Assembly (NCBI GenBank): GCA_036522515.1
Contig: DATDFQ010000057.1
Coordinates: 5,175-69,174 of the forward strand
Length of the DNA: 64,000 bases
Origin: Bacteroidota bacterium
GTDB taxonomy: Bacteria > Bacteroidota > Ignavibacteria > UBA10030 > SZUA-254
Direction of reading: 5' to 3'
The notes below the pieces were generated by a model, which was not told where the DNA came from, searched no databases, and saw nothing but the letters and a program-made list of their open reading frames with translations. Position numbers and translations under genes: made by a program. Positions 28,695 through 37,457 of this stretch are shown here, piece after piece (position 1 is the stretch's first letter; each line of letters opens with the position of its first letter).

Positions 28695-28747
28695 AGCTTA
28701 AAAAGTTTCGGGAGGACGAAGTAAGAAAATGTCGGGAGGACGGCTTC

Positions 28748-28963
28748 TATCTCGTTCCCACGCTCTGCGTGGGAAGGCACATGTCGGCCGCTCCGCGGCC
28801 TGAGTCAATCTGCTGTCCCTCCCCCTCGTCATGCTGACATGCTCCTGGTCAGCATCTTATCTTGTTCCCACGCCCTTCATGGGAAGGCACATGTCGGCCG
28901 CTCCGCTGCCTGAGTGAAGTTGCTGTCCCTCCCCCTCGTCATGCTGACATGTTTTAGGTCAGC
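28748..28963. repeat. Tandem duplication of a 110-bp composite unit
   Basis: Each unit is a TCGTTCCCACG..GTGGGAA palindrome, the linker GGCACATGTCGGCCGCTCCGC..CCTGAGT....TGCTGTCCCTCCCCCT and a CGTCATGCTGAC hairpin. The offset is exactly 110 bp (28751 vs 28861; 28811 vs 28921). Confidence 0.92.
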
Positions 28964-28980
28964 GGCTATGAGGCTTCGCC

Positions 28981-29277
28981 TCACCATGTCCAGGGAATCT
29001 CCTGAGATAGATCACGCATATCCGGATTGACCGACTGGATGAGACGAATCTTCCACTCCCTGTGCCACTTCTTCAGCGCTTTCTCTCTTTGGATCGCTTC
29101 CCGGATCTGATTGAACACTTCGTAATAGACCAGGTCCTTGAGTTTGTACTTGGTTGCGAACTTCGAGCCTGCAGTATCCCTGTGAGTTTGAACGCGTGCG
29201 CGCAGATCAGTCGTCACACCGGTATAGAATGTCGTGCGGTTGAAGTTGGAAAGGATGTAAACGTAGCTGGGCTTCGT
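28981..29277 (-). CDS. Small GIY-YIG nuclease (about 98 aa); ACG at the start position, possibly a pseudogene
   Basis: The frame upstream of the track's GTG reads (T/M)KPSYVYILSNFNRTTFYTGVTTDLRARVQTH...LVYYEVF..IREAIQREKALKKWHREWKIRLI..VNP.MRDL. GGGGGAGG lies 6 nt upstream of ACG at 29277. Confidence 0.88.
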   Translation of the reverse strand, partial: TKPSYVYILSNFNRTTFYTGVTTDLRARVQTHRDTAGSKFATKYKLKDLVYYEVFNQIREAIQREKALKKWHREWKIRLIQSVNPDMRDLSQEIPWTW

Positions 29278-29296
29278 ACCGGGCCTCCCCCGTATC

Positions 29297-29350
29297 GTAC
29301 TTGTCGCGGAAAAGAATTAAGATCCCGACCTGAAGCATGTCGGGATGACG
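29297..29350. repeat. 54-bp direct repeat, copy 2
   Basis: GTACTTGTCGCGGAAAAGAATTAAGATCCCGACCTGAAGCATGTCGGGATGACG. Confidence 0.92.
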
Positions 29351-29359
29351 CCTTCGGCG

Positions 29360-30331
29360 TCAGAACCGGTACTCGATGCGGGCTTCGGTGACGGGGGCGA
29401 CGCCGTACTGGGTCGGCTCCACCCTCATCTTCACGCTCGCATGCAGGGAGTGGTTGTAGCGGGTGGCGGACCAGTAGGCGTCGAGCGCGCTCACGATGTG
29501 ATTCACCACCGCGACGCTCACGAAGGTGCTCGCGATGTCGTACTGGTTGTTCGCCTGCGCGCGCATTTCCGCGTACTCGTAGAACCTCTTCGAATTGCTC
29601 CTCAGGGGAAGGTCCGATTGCGAAATCGGCCGGAGGTCCGCGTCGTCCCAGCCACGGCTGAACTCGTCGTACTTCCCGATCAACTCATAGTATTGCTGGG
29701 CCCCGTAGTAGGGGAGCTGGTGCGTGTAACCGTTGGCCGACGCCGCCGAAATATCCCGCTCCAAACGGTTCAGCTCCGTCCAGCGCACGCAGGCGAACGG
29801 CGCGCTGCAATCGGTGGACCCGTTGGGAAACACGTTGTAACTTCCGGGATCGGTGATGGCCGGATTCAGTGTGCCGGCGTTCTGGAGCGTCCAGTTCGCA
29901 TACCGCGCCGCGCTCCAGTGCTGGTCCGCGTAGACCTGAAAATCGCCCGTCTGGCGGTCGCCTTTCTTATTGTACGTGTAGGCGACGATCCAGGAGGTCG
30001 CTTCCACCGCGATGAACGCGGCAGCCTTGATATAGCTCTTCGCATAGAACTCCCCCGCGCCGGGCAATCCGAGAGACAATGCGCCCGCGACCCAGGGGGA
30101 TTTCTCCTCGCCCGAAGTTTGCTCCTCCTCAGGGAGGAGCGGGGGTTGCGAAGGCGACCAGTGGTCGCTCCGGACCGTGACGCTTCCGCCGAAAAAGTCG
30201 ATTGAATGATGCCCGGTGAGCGCGGCCGCGGGCTTCTCTCCGGCCGCGGCGGTCAGTCCGGCGAACGAAAGAGCCATAGCGCAGACCGTCAACAGAAGAA
30301 CCCTGCGCCTGTTATCTGCGTGAGTCGACAT
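29360..30331 (-). CDS. Hypothetical exported or membrane protein
   Basis: Start MSTHADNRRRV at 30331 with an upstream GGAG; signal peptide; KSPWVAGALSLGLPGAGEFYAKSY segment resembling DUF5683/TM2-like motifs; ends IEYRF. Confidence 0.7.
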   Translation of the reverse strand: MSTHADNRRRVLLLTVCAMALSFAGLTAAAGEKPAAALTGHHSIDFFGGSVTVRSDHWSPSQPPLLPEEEQTSGEEKSPWVAGALSLGLPGAGEFYAKSYIKAAAFIAVEATSWIVAYTYNKKGDRQTGDFQVYADQHWSAARYANWTLQNAGTLNPAITDPGSYNVFPNGSTDCSAPFACVRWTELNRLERDISAASANGYTHQLPYYGAQQYYELIGKYDEFSRGWDDADLRPISQSDLPLRSNSKRFYEYAEMRAQANNQYDIASTFVSVAVVNHIVSALDAYWSATRYNHSLHASVKMRVEPTQYGVAPVTEARIEYRF

Positions 30332-30348
30332 CGGTAACTCCCTTCTCC

Positions 30349-33300
30349 TTAATCCAGATCGAAGCCGAACAGGACGCCGAAATGGAAGTTCCATTCCTTC
30401 CCGTAGGTCACGGTCGCGCCTGTGTTGCTGAAATAACGGTTGAATTGATCGAATCCGTAGGTCGCATTGAGGAACACGCGCGTCGGGAACGCGTAGTAGG
30501 AAAACGCCTGGAGCCTCAGCTCGATTCCGGCGTCCCGTCTGAACTGTTGCGCGCCCGGGCCGCCCCCCGTCCATGCCTCGCCGACGTCGCCGTAGAACGC
30601 GGCGTAGAGCTTGTCGAAGTAGAGCTGGAGAAAGCGCATGTCGATGTGCTCCAGGACCGGAAAGCGATAGGTGAGGTTCGCCATGGCAAATTCGTTCCCG
30701 CCCATGGAATAGAACGGATATCCCTTCATGCCCGCGAGTCCGCCGATGTAAAAATCGAAAAACTCGTCCACGGGGGGACCGAAGATCGTCCCGCCTCTCA
30801 CCTGCAGGCTCAGGGTATGCTTCCATCCCGGCAGACGCTGCGATTCCCTCCAGCCCAACTCCAGGCGGTGGAAGTTCACCTGCTGGTACTTCGGCACCAG
30901 GAGGCCGTTGGAGACCTCGTAGTCGCTCGACGGATTAAACTTGTTGAATTCATAGTCGTAGCGCATGCGGATCCTTCGCCCCACCGGGTTGATGTCCTGC
31001 GTCCGGGAGGGAGCGATCTGCTCCAGCGTCAGGGTGGTCGAGATGTCGTTGCCGATCAGGTAGAGCTCGCTGAAGGCCTGGACGAGGTTGTTCGGCGGAG
31101 GCAGGTCGGGGAGGCTGAACGCGCCGACCGACGCGGTGTACCGGCTGTGTGCGTAGCGGACCTCCATGCCGAGCGCTTCGCTGATGATTTTTTGCTTGAG
31201 CGCGACGTCGAACTCGAGGAGGTTGTAGGAGACGTCCACTCCGATCGTGTCGAGCGGCAGCGCGATCTGCGATCCGGTCGTCCGGGTCACGTTGTACGCC
31301 TCCAGCGAGAGGGCGGGCTCCAACCCGAGCTGAAAGAGTCCGGGTATTTTTCCCCGGTAATCGAAATTGAAGAAGAGGTCCCGCTCGCCCAGCTTGTTGA
31401 ACGCCGCTCCCGCGAAGAATCCGTAACGGTCGAGCACGTCGTAGGAGAAGAGGTACGCCCCGAGCTTCAGGACGTCGATCCCCTTGTTCCGCGGATTGTA
31501 ATTGTCGACCCGCAGGAACGGAACGATCGTGAGGCTCGTGGCGATATTCTTGTACGTCGTATCGGTCGCGGGGGGAAGCTTCGCGTCGTCGTACGACCGG
31601 AGCGATTTCCAGTCGAAGCGGTCCTTCTCCGGGCCGTCGCTCTCCCCACCGGAATCCGCCGCGGCCCGGCCACGCGCGTCCGCCAGGTAGCTGCCGCCCG
31701 AACCGAGCGGATGGGACTCTTTCATGAGGGCGATCTTGTACCCGGTGGAGGCGTACGACGCGTATGCAATGGCCCCGTCCCGGTTCACCGCGGGCATGAA
31801 CGCTCCCCCCAGCACATTGGTGAGCTGCACCGATTGCTTCGAAACCAGATCGTACTCGTAGAGATTGAAAATTCCCGTCCGGTCGGACGAATAGATGATT
31901 TTTGAGGGCCCCTCAAAAACGGCATTCCGTTCATCCTGCGGCGATGCGATAATAAAGGTGGGCGGGCCGCCGACCGAGGGGACGAGCGCGATATCTCTTC
32001 CGTCCTTGATCGAGTATTCGTAGAGGATGGCGGCTCCGTCCGGCGACCACCTGGGGTTGTAAACCTGCTCGCCCTGCACGTATTCGGTGAGCTTCCGGAT
32101 GTCGGACCCGTCGTTCTTCATCGTGTAGAGGTTCAGCGTGCCGTCGGACCCGGCGACGTACGCGATCCTTTCCCCGTCGGGGGAAACCGCGGGCGCGTTC
32201 GCCCGCAGGCCGTGCGTAAGCCGTGTTTCATCGTCGCGGCCGATATCATAGACGTAGAGGTCGGACAGGTTCGACCAGTGGTCGTTCTCGCGGCTGGTCC
32301 TGGCGTAAAAGATTCTCTTCCCGTCCGGAGACCAGGAGAAATTGGAATGCACGCCCTGCTTCAGGAGCTTCTCCGTCTGCGAGGCGATGTCGTACAGGTA
32401 GATGGACGAGAGCGAAAAATAGTCGGCCTCCTTGTTCGAAACATACGCGAGGCTCTTCCCGTCCGGAGAAAAGGAGGGGTAGAAATTGCCGAAGCCGACA
32501 TTGCCCACGACCTTGCCCTCGACGAGCGCGCCCTTCAGCGGCGCCGTCCGGGCCGCATATTCCTTGCGCAACTCCTCCTTCCACTCGTCGTAGAGATCGC
32601 TGCCGTTCTTCCCGACCGCCGACCCGATTGCGCCGTCGATCGTCACCGCCGTCAACGAGGAGAGGTTCCGGGAAATCGCCTCCAGCTTGTCGTCGCCGTA
32701 CTTCTCTCCGATGTAACGGACGAAGGCGAATCCCGCATTATACGAGGATTCGTTGCCCAGGCTCGTCTTGCCGAACACCGACATCTCGTTCCAGGTCAGC
32801 ATGGTATTGTCGAGCGCGTACATGCGGAGGATCATGTCGCGGTGGGAGTCCCAGGAATCGTATCCCAGTTCTTTTCTGTTGTATTGCGCGACCCCCTCGG
32901 CGAACCAGCTCGGGACGACGTACCCGGAGACCGGGTAGGAGACGATCCCGTTGGGATAGCCGTACAGGACGTCGGCCCGCCGCTCCGATTCGTACTGCAG
33001 CCACTGGAGATAAAATGCCGGAATTTTTCTTCCGAACTTCAGAGAGGTTTGAATCTGGACGATGTGCGTGAACTCGTGCGTCACCACGTTGCGCAGCCAG
33101 TTGTGCGTGCCGCGCAGGTCGAAATCGAGCGCGGAGGCGAAGATCTCTATCTTGTTGTCGAAAAAATAGGCGGCGCCGTTCGAATAATCGTCGTAGTCCT
33201 TGATCACGAAGCTCACCTTGCCGTCCGGCTCGTGATGGTAGAGCGACGTCACCGGGCGGTAGATCTCCTCCCCGATTTTCGCCACCACCCGGGCGGTCCG

Positions 33301-33477
33301 TTCCTCCCCCTCGTGATAGTGGACGTAGAAATGCTCCGTTTCTATCGATCGCCACGTGAGCTCGGGGTGATAGTATTCGTCGTCCTGGGCCGCGGCCGGG
33401 ACCGGCAGGAGCAAGCCGGGGAGAACCCCGGAACACAACAGGATAAGCAGCGAGCGAAGGCGGCGGTTCAGTTTCAT
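30349..33477 (-). CDS. Gluzincin-like domain + TolB-like beta-propeller + Omp85-like barrel protein
   Basis: Start MKLNRRL at 33477; VTHEFTH and WFAEGVAQY; PD40 repeats (PSFSPDGK, FSWSPDGK, PAVSPDGE, PRWSPDG); barrel motif FYIGGLAGMKGY and terminal FGVLFGFDLD. Confidence 0.75.
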   Translation of the reverse strand: MKLNRRLRSLLILLCSGVLPGLLLPVPAAAQDDEYYHPELTWRSIETEHFYVHYHEGEERTARVVAKIGEEIYRPVTSLYHHEPDGKVSFVIKDYDDYSNGAAYFFDNKIEIFASALDFDLRGTHNWLRNVVTHEFTHIVQIQTSLKFGRKIPAFYLQWLQYESERRADVLYGYPNGIVSYPVSGYVVPSWFAEGVAQYNRKELGYDSWDSHRDMILRMYALDNTMLTWNEMSVFGKTSLGNESSYNAGFAFVRYIGEKYGDDKLEAISRNLSSLTAVTIDGAIGSAVGKNGSDLYDEWKEELRKEYAARTAPLKGALVEGKVVGNVGFGNFYPSFSPDGKSLAYVSNKEADYFSLSSIYLYDIASQTEKLLKQGVHSNFSWSPDGKRIFYARTSRENDHWSNLSDLYVYDIGRDDETRLTHGLRANAPAVSPDGERIAYVAGSDGTLNLYTMKNDGSDIRKLTEYVQGEQVYNPRWSPDGAAILYEYSIKDGRDIALVPSVGGPPTFIIASPQDERNAVFEGPSKIIYSSDRTGIFNLYEYDLVSKQSVQLTNVLGGAFMPAVNRDGAIAYASYASTGYKIALMKESHPLGSGGSYLADARGRAAADSGGESDGPEKDRFDWKSLRSYDDAKLPPATDTTYKNIATSLTIVPFLRVDNYNPRNKGIDVLKLGAYLFSYDVLDRYGFFAGAAFNKLGERDLFFNFDYRGKIPGLFQLGLEPALSLEAYNVTRTTGSQIALPLDTIGVDVSYNLLEFDVALKQKIISEALGMEVRYAHSRYTASVGAFSLPDLPPPNNLVQAFSELYLIGNDISTTLTLEQIAPSRTQDINPVGRRIRMRYDYEFNKFNPSSDYEVSNGLLVPKYQQVNFHRLELGWRESQRLPGWKHTLSLQVRGGTIFGPPVDEFFDFYIGGLAGMKGYPFYSMGGNEFAMANLTYRFPVLEHIDMRFLQLYFDKLYAAFYGDVGEAWTGGGPGAQQFRRDAGIELRLQAFSYYAFPTRVFLNATYGFDQFNRYFSNTGATVTYGKEWNFHFGVLFGFDLD

Positions 33478-34139
33478 CCGAGTGTGAATCCGGCGGTTGT
33501 GATTTGATCTTTTTTCAACAGGACGGAGGGATAGGGCGCGTTCAGCGCGCCCTTGTACAGGAACAAGTCGACCTGCGCCCTTACGCGGAGCGTCACGTCG
33601 TAGGCGTTGAGCTGCGTATAGGCGTCGAAGACCGTTCCCACCGGCAGGTGTTGAGCCGTAATGGTGAACCGGCCGAATCCGTCCGTCGTCGCCGTCGTGT
33701 GGCCGTCGATCACCACGACCGAATACTTGACGACCGTCGTGTCGATGGCGTACCGGATCAGGTACTCGCCGCTCGATACCGGCGCCCCGGTCTGATCCCG
33801 TTCGTCCCACAGGAAATGCGGGACCGGGCCCCTCGGCCGGTAGTTAAAGTAGAGCTGCTTGACGAACACGTGGTCCGGCGTATAGACCGAAACGTCGACG
33901 ATGCGCGTTGAGTCCGTGACAATCACCTGTTGAGTATCGATGGGATCATAACTGACGATGTCATACGAATAGTAGAGCCGGACGCCGACGCTATCGAGGG
34001 GGATGCCGTTCGGGGATGTCACCGTTCCGTTCAACTGGTACCCTTGAGTGGATGATGAGGATTGAAACGGCTGAATGTCGCGGCACGACGGAAGAACGGC
34101 GCAGAGGATGCACAACAATGCACCTCCCGCCCGTCTCAC
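33474..34139 (-). CDS. Hypothetical lipoprotein with FlgD-Ig-like segment
   Basis: GTG start at 34139 overlaps the upstream stop (GTGA); lipobox-like AVLPSC; FLWDERDQTGAPVSSGEYLIR. Confidence 0.7.
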   Translation of the reverse strand: MRRAGGALLCILCAVLPSCRDIQPFQSSSSTQGYQLNGTVTSPNGIPLDSVGVRLYYSYDIVSYDPIDTQQVIVTDSTRIVDVSVYTPDHVFVKQLYFNYRPRGPVPHFLWDERDQTGAPVSSGEYLIRYAIDTTVVKYSVVVIDGHTTATTDGFGRFTITAQHLPVGTVFDAYTQLNAYDVTLRVRAQVDLFLYKGALNAPYPSVLLKKDQITTAGFTLG

Positions 34140-37100
34140 TTGACGACCGCTATCTTGATGACGGTCGCGCCGCTCCCCCCCGTCCCCCGGGCGTCGAGGT
34201 GGGCGAAGTAGATTCCGCTCTGGATTCCCGAGACGTCCCACTCCACCTCGTTATCCAACCCTCCGGTCCCGGGTGCGTCGAATTCGGTCACCTGATCGCC
34301 GGCAAGATCGAAGATCCTGATATGCACCTGGGCCGTGCTGTTCACATAGTAACGGATATGAGTCTTATATCCGTGATCCCGGTCGACCGGGTTGGGCCAG
34401 TTATAGGCGCGCGAAGCAGGGAAAAAATTGGATGCAAGCGGTTGGCCCGCACCGACAGAGTCGGACAAACCGGTGTTGCGCTCGTCGCGCATGAACTGAG
34501 GCCAGGGTTGCGCGGGCGGAATCAGGGTCCCCGGGTGCCAGCTTCCCGTTCTCCAGGCGTAGACATGGCCGTCATCGGAGGCGACAGCCAGGCCGATGGT
34601 CCAGCAGTTCAGACAATCGCCCAGCATGGAGGAGAATACCGCAGGGGTCGAACCGCCGTTCGCCCCGGCGAGGAGCGGAAACCCGCGAACCATTTTTCCG
34701 TTCCGGTCATACGCGACGACCAGCCCTTCCTGCGTCACCACCACCACATCCGCCGAGCCGTTGCCGTCGACGTCAGCGACGACGGGTGAGGTGAGGATCG
34801 TTTTTGCCGACGGGACCGTCACCGGAAAGTTGTCGAGCACCGAACCCACGGCGTTGATCGCATAGATCTTGTTGGCGCTGCAGACGATCACATCCTTGCT
34901 TCCGTCGCCGTCGAGATCGGCGATGGCCGGGGCGTTGAGGATTTCGCCGCCGGTCGAAACGGTAAAACCGTCGCGGCCGAGGCTCGCGCAATAACCGCGG
35001 GAAGAGACAACTCCGTCCTTCGACACGAGGATGACAAATTTTCCGGCGCCCGCGGAAAGCGTCGCCGCGACCGCGAACGAGGGCCGGATGGCGCCCGCCG
35101 CATTATCCGCGCAGGCCATTCCCGTGACGGCGATCGAGCCGTTTGCCGTGAGCGCAAGAAACGCGCCCGGATTCTGGAGGAGGCTCAGGCTGACGACATC
35201 GGACGAGTCGGACGGGTACACCCGAACGCTGTCAGAGATTGATCCGTCAAGATGAAGCAAATAGACGATCCCTCCCGTCGCTCCGTAGGCGACGAACGAA
35301 TCCGAGACGACAGGAGAAGTCGTGATCGAACGGCCGAGCTGCCTGGTGAAGAGCGTATCGATCAGGTGGTCGCTGTCCGAGTCGCGCAGGGTCCAGCCGA
35401 AGACCTCGCGGGCGTTTGCGGCCGGCGCAGGGTTGGGGAACGGGCCGGACCTGCTTCCCGCTATTGTAAGATCGGGAGTGGCGTCGCCATTGAACTCTCC
35501 GAGGGCGATTTTCCCCGTAAAATATCCAAACTCGCCTCCCGGAGAGGCAAGCTGGCCGGAGGAGAGCCCCGAAGGAAGTATGGGCGTTCCCTCGAGGGTC
35601 CACCCGTAGATGAGAGAGGATCCAAAGGTTCCGTCGGCAGGCGGAACTCCCGAAGCGGGGGGCGGAGCAGGCCCGGAAGGGAGCGTCGCTACGAGCAATT
35701 TCGGAGAGACTCCCGCCGGCGAGGATCCGACGGTGACGGAATTCCTGCCGAATCCGAATAACGTCGGCTTCGGAAATCCCGGAAGGAGCGAGACCTGGTC
35801 GTCGCCTGTCTGGAACCGGGCCGTCATCCTGGGTCCCCTCGGGGAGAACTCGCGGACGGAAATATGACTGTTTGCGTGGTCGTAGCTCTCGCTCCCCGGG
35901 TGGGAGTCGGGCGTGAACGCGTTCGACTGGACGCGGAGCGGAGCTCTGTTTCCGTCGTACCAGAAATCGAGCACCGTCCCGTTCTCGCTTCCCGAGCCGG
36001 AGCTGATGATGCCGTAACTCTGGCCGATATCCTGGGAACCGTCGGCTTCTTCGAGGTTGACTCCCCGCCGGCCGGGATCGGCGTTCACCGCATCGGCGTC
36101 GTACTCTGCCGCGATGACATTCTCGTCGATATGCCAGATCAGGACGCCGCCGTCGTATAATTCGTGCGTGGTGGAACTGACGCCGCCCGGGAGGCTCCAA
36201 TCGGGCTCGTCGACGTCGGTGACGACGCCGTACAGCGAGTCGGTGTCGAACGCGTTGAAGCCCGTGGTGTCCCGGTACCACGTGCGCGTGACCGTCGCGC
36301 CGTTCCGGACGAAGGTCACCGTGGCGCCGTCCCGGCTTGCGTCGCGATTCCGGTTCTCAACCAGAAAATATTCTCTCGCCGAGATCGGCAGGCGGTAGAC
36401 CGTGTCGCTCTGGCCCGGCAGCCCCGCCGCGGGGAGCGTGTAGGTCAGATCCCCCGGGGGGAGCGTGACCGGATCGATCCACCCGAGGAAATACCTCTCC
36501 CACGCCGAAGGTTCCGGCGGGAAGAGTCCGTTCCAGCTGAAGATCGACTGCCCGTCCATCAGGCCGAACCGGCCGATTCCCGTCGCGCCTGTTTTGGTGT
36601 CGAACAGATCCGGCAATCCGAGATGGCTCCCCACGCTCGCGCAGAGAAGGCCGTTGATGCCGAGCTGCAGGCGGGTGGACCCCACGGAGGTCGTGACGTC
36701 GCGGCTCTCCGTCTCCGGCAGGATGATCGAATTCTGGATCGTGAACCTGCCGCTGTCAACCGGGACTCCCGCGTACGAACTTCCGAACATGCGCCGGAGG
36801 GAAGCCAGGTTGAGATAGATCGAGGGAACGTCGAACGGTGTCGGATCGAATCCGAACAGGCTCGTGAGATCGACGTCTCTGCCGGCGCCTGCGTGGAGGA
36901 TCAGAAAAGCTCCATAGTTTGCGAACGGAATTCCCGGGGTCGAAGAATCGACGAGGCGCCAGGAGTCCTGTGTCAGGAGGCCCAGCTCGACATTGTCGGT
37001 CGTGCCCCTGGGCGGACTGTAATGCCTCATCGGAAAAGGAAGCCGGTAAACGGAAGGGAGCACATCTCCCTTCACGATCAATTTGCCGAGTGAAACTCTC

Positions 37101-37435
37101 CGGAAATAATTCTCAAGGAAGGCCAGGTGCTGCTCGACGTACGCCCGGTCGTGCGGAGGTGGGTCGAGATACTTCTTCGTCGTCGCGGTCGTGTCGAAAC
37201 TCCCGGTCCCGGAGGAGCGGGAATCGTTGTCCTCCTGGAAGGCGACCATCGCCGCGAGAACGCGAAGAGTTTCCGGAAACGCCGCCGATCCGCCCGGCAG
37301 GTGCAGCCGTTCGTTCGCGCCGCGCCGGACCGTCAGGGGATGGCTGAACCCCGGCCCGTGTTGGGCGTCCGCCGCGCCGACGGCGGCGGAGACGAGGATG
37401 ATAAGGGCGGCCCTGCAGAGTGTGGAAAAATTCAC
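34136..37435 (-). CDS. M6 (immune inhibitor A)-like protein with FG-GAP-like repeats and T9SS C-terminal signal; zinc motif degenerate
   Basis: LHAGAGRD, HLGLPDLFDT, GIGRFGLMDG, PSAWERYFLGWI, EYFLVENRNR, GVLIWHIDE; AIADLDGDG and VVADVDGNG repeats; CTD YNWPNPV...IFDLAGDQV...SGIYFAHL. Confidence 0.8.
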   Translation of the reverse strand: MNFSTLCRAALIILVSAAVGAADAQHGPGFSHPLTVRRGANERLHLPGGSAAFPETLRVLAAMVAFQEDNDSRSSGTGSFDTTATTKKYLDPPPHDRAYVEQHLAFLENYFRRVSLGKLIVKGDVLPSVYRLPFPMRHYSPPRGTTDNVELGLLTQDSWRLVDSSTPGIPFANYGAFLILHAGAGRDVDLTSLFGFDPTPFDVPSIYLNLASLRRMFGSSYAGVPVDSGRFTIQNSIILPETESRDVTTSVGSTRLQLGINGLLCASVGSHLGLPDLFDTKTGATGIGRFGLMDGQSIFSWNGLFPPEPSAWERYFLGWIDPVTLPPGDLTYTLPAAGLPGQSDTVYRLPISAREYFLVENRNRDASRDGATVTFVRNGATVTRTWYRDTTGFNAFDTDSLYGVVTDVDEPDWSLPGGVSSTTHELYDGGVLIWHIDENVIAAEYDADAVNADPGRRGVNLEEADGSQDIGQSYGIISSGSGSENGTVLDFWYDGNRAPLRVQSNAFTPDSHPGSESYDHANSHISVREFSPRGPRMTARFQTGDDQVSLLPGFPKPTLFGFGRNSVTVGSSPAGVSPKLLVATLPSGPAPPPASGVPPADGTFGSSLIYGWTLEGTPILPSGLSSGQLASPGGEFGYFTGKIALGEFNGDATPDLTIAGSRSGPFPNPAPAANAREVFGWTLRDSDSDHLIDTLFTRQLGRSITTSPVVSDSFVAYGATGGIVYLLHLDGSISDSVRVYPSDSSDVVSLSLLQNPGAFLALTANGSIAVTGMACADNAAGAIRPSFAVAATLSAGAGKFVILVSKDGVVSSRGYCASLGRDGFTVSTGGEILNAPAIADLDGDGSKDVIVCSANKIYAINAVGSVLDNFPVTVPSAKTILTSPVVADVDGNGSADVVVVTQEGLVVAYDRNGKMVRGFPLLAGANGGSTPAVFSSMLGDCLNCWTIGLAVASDDGHVYAWRTGSWHPGTLIPPAQPWPQFMRDERNTGLSDSVGAGQPLASNFFPASRAYNWPNPVDRDHGYKTHIRYYVNSTAQVHIRIFDLAGDQVTEFDAPGTGGLDNEVEWDVSGIQSGIYFAHLDARGTGGSGATVIKIAVVK

Positions 37436-37457
37436 GCCACGCGGTTTCAGAGTTTCT

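Larger units (their letters stand above)
28937..29350 (-). mobile_element. Candidate REP-bounded GIY-YIG nuclease element
   Basis: The nuclease gene lies between a left ATGCTGAC-type and a right ATCCCGAC-type CGTC hairpin, the same pair found empty at 18363 and 38727. Mobility is inferred, not shown. Confidence 0.5.

Noticed and set aside
28641-28963. Repeat cluster as a possible CRISPR or mini-array
   Set aside because: The intervening sequences are themselves duplicated rather than unique spacers, and there are no cas genes.
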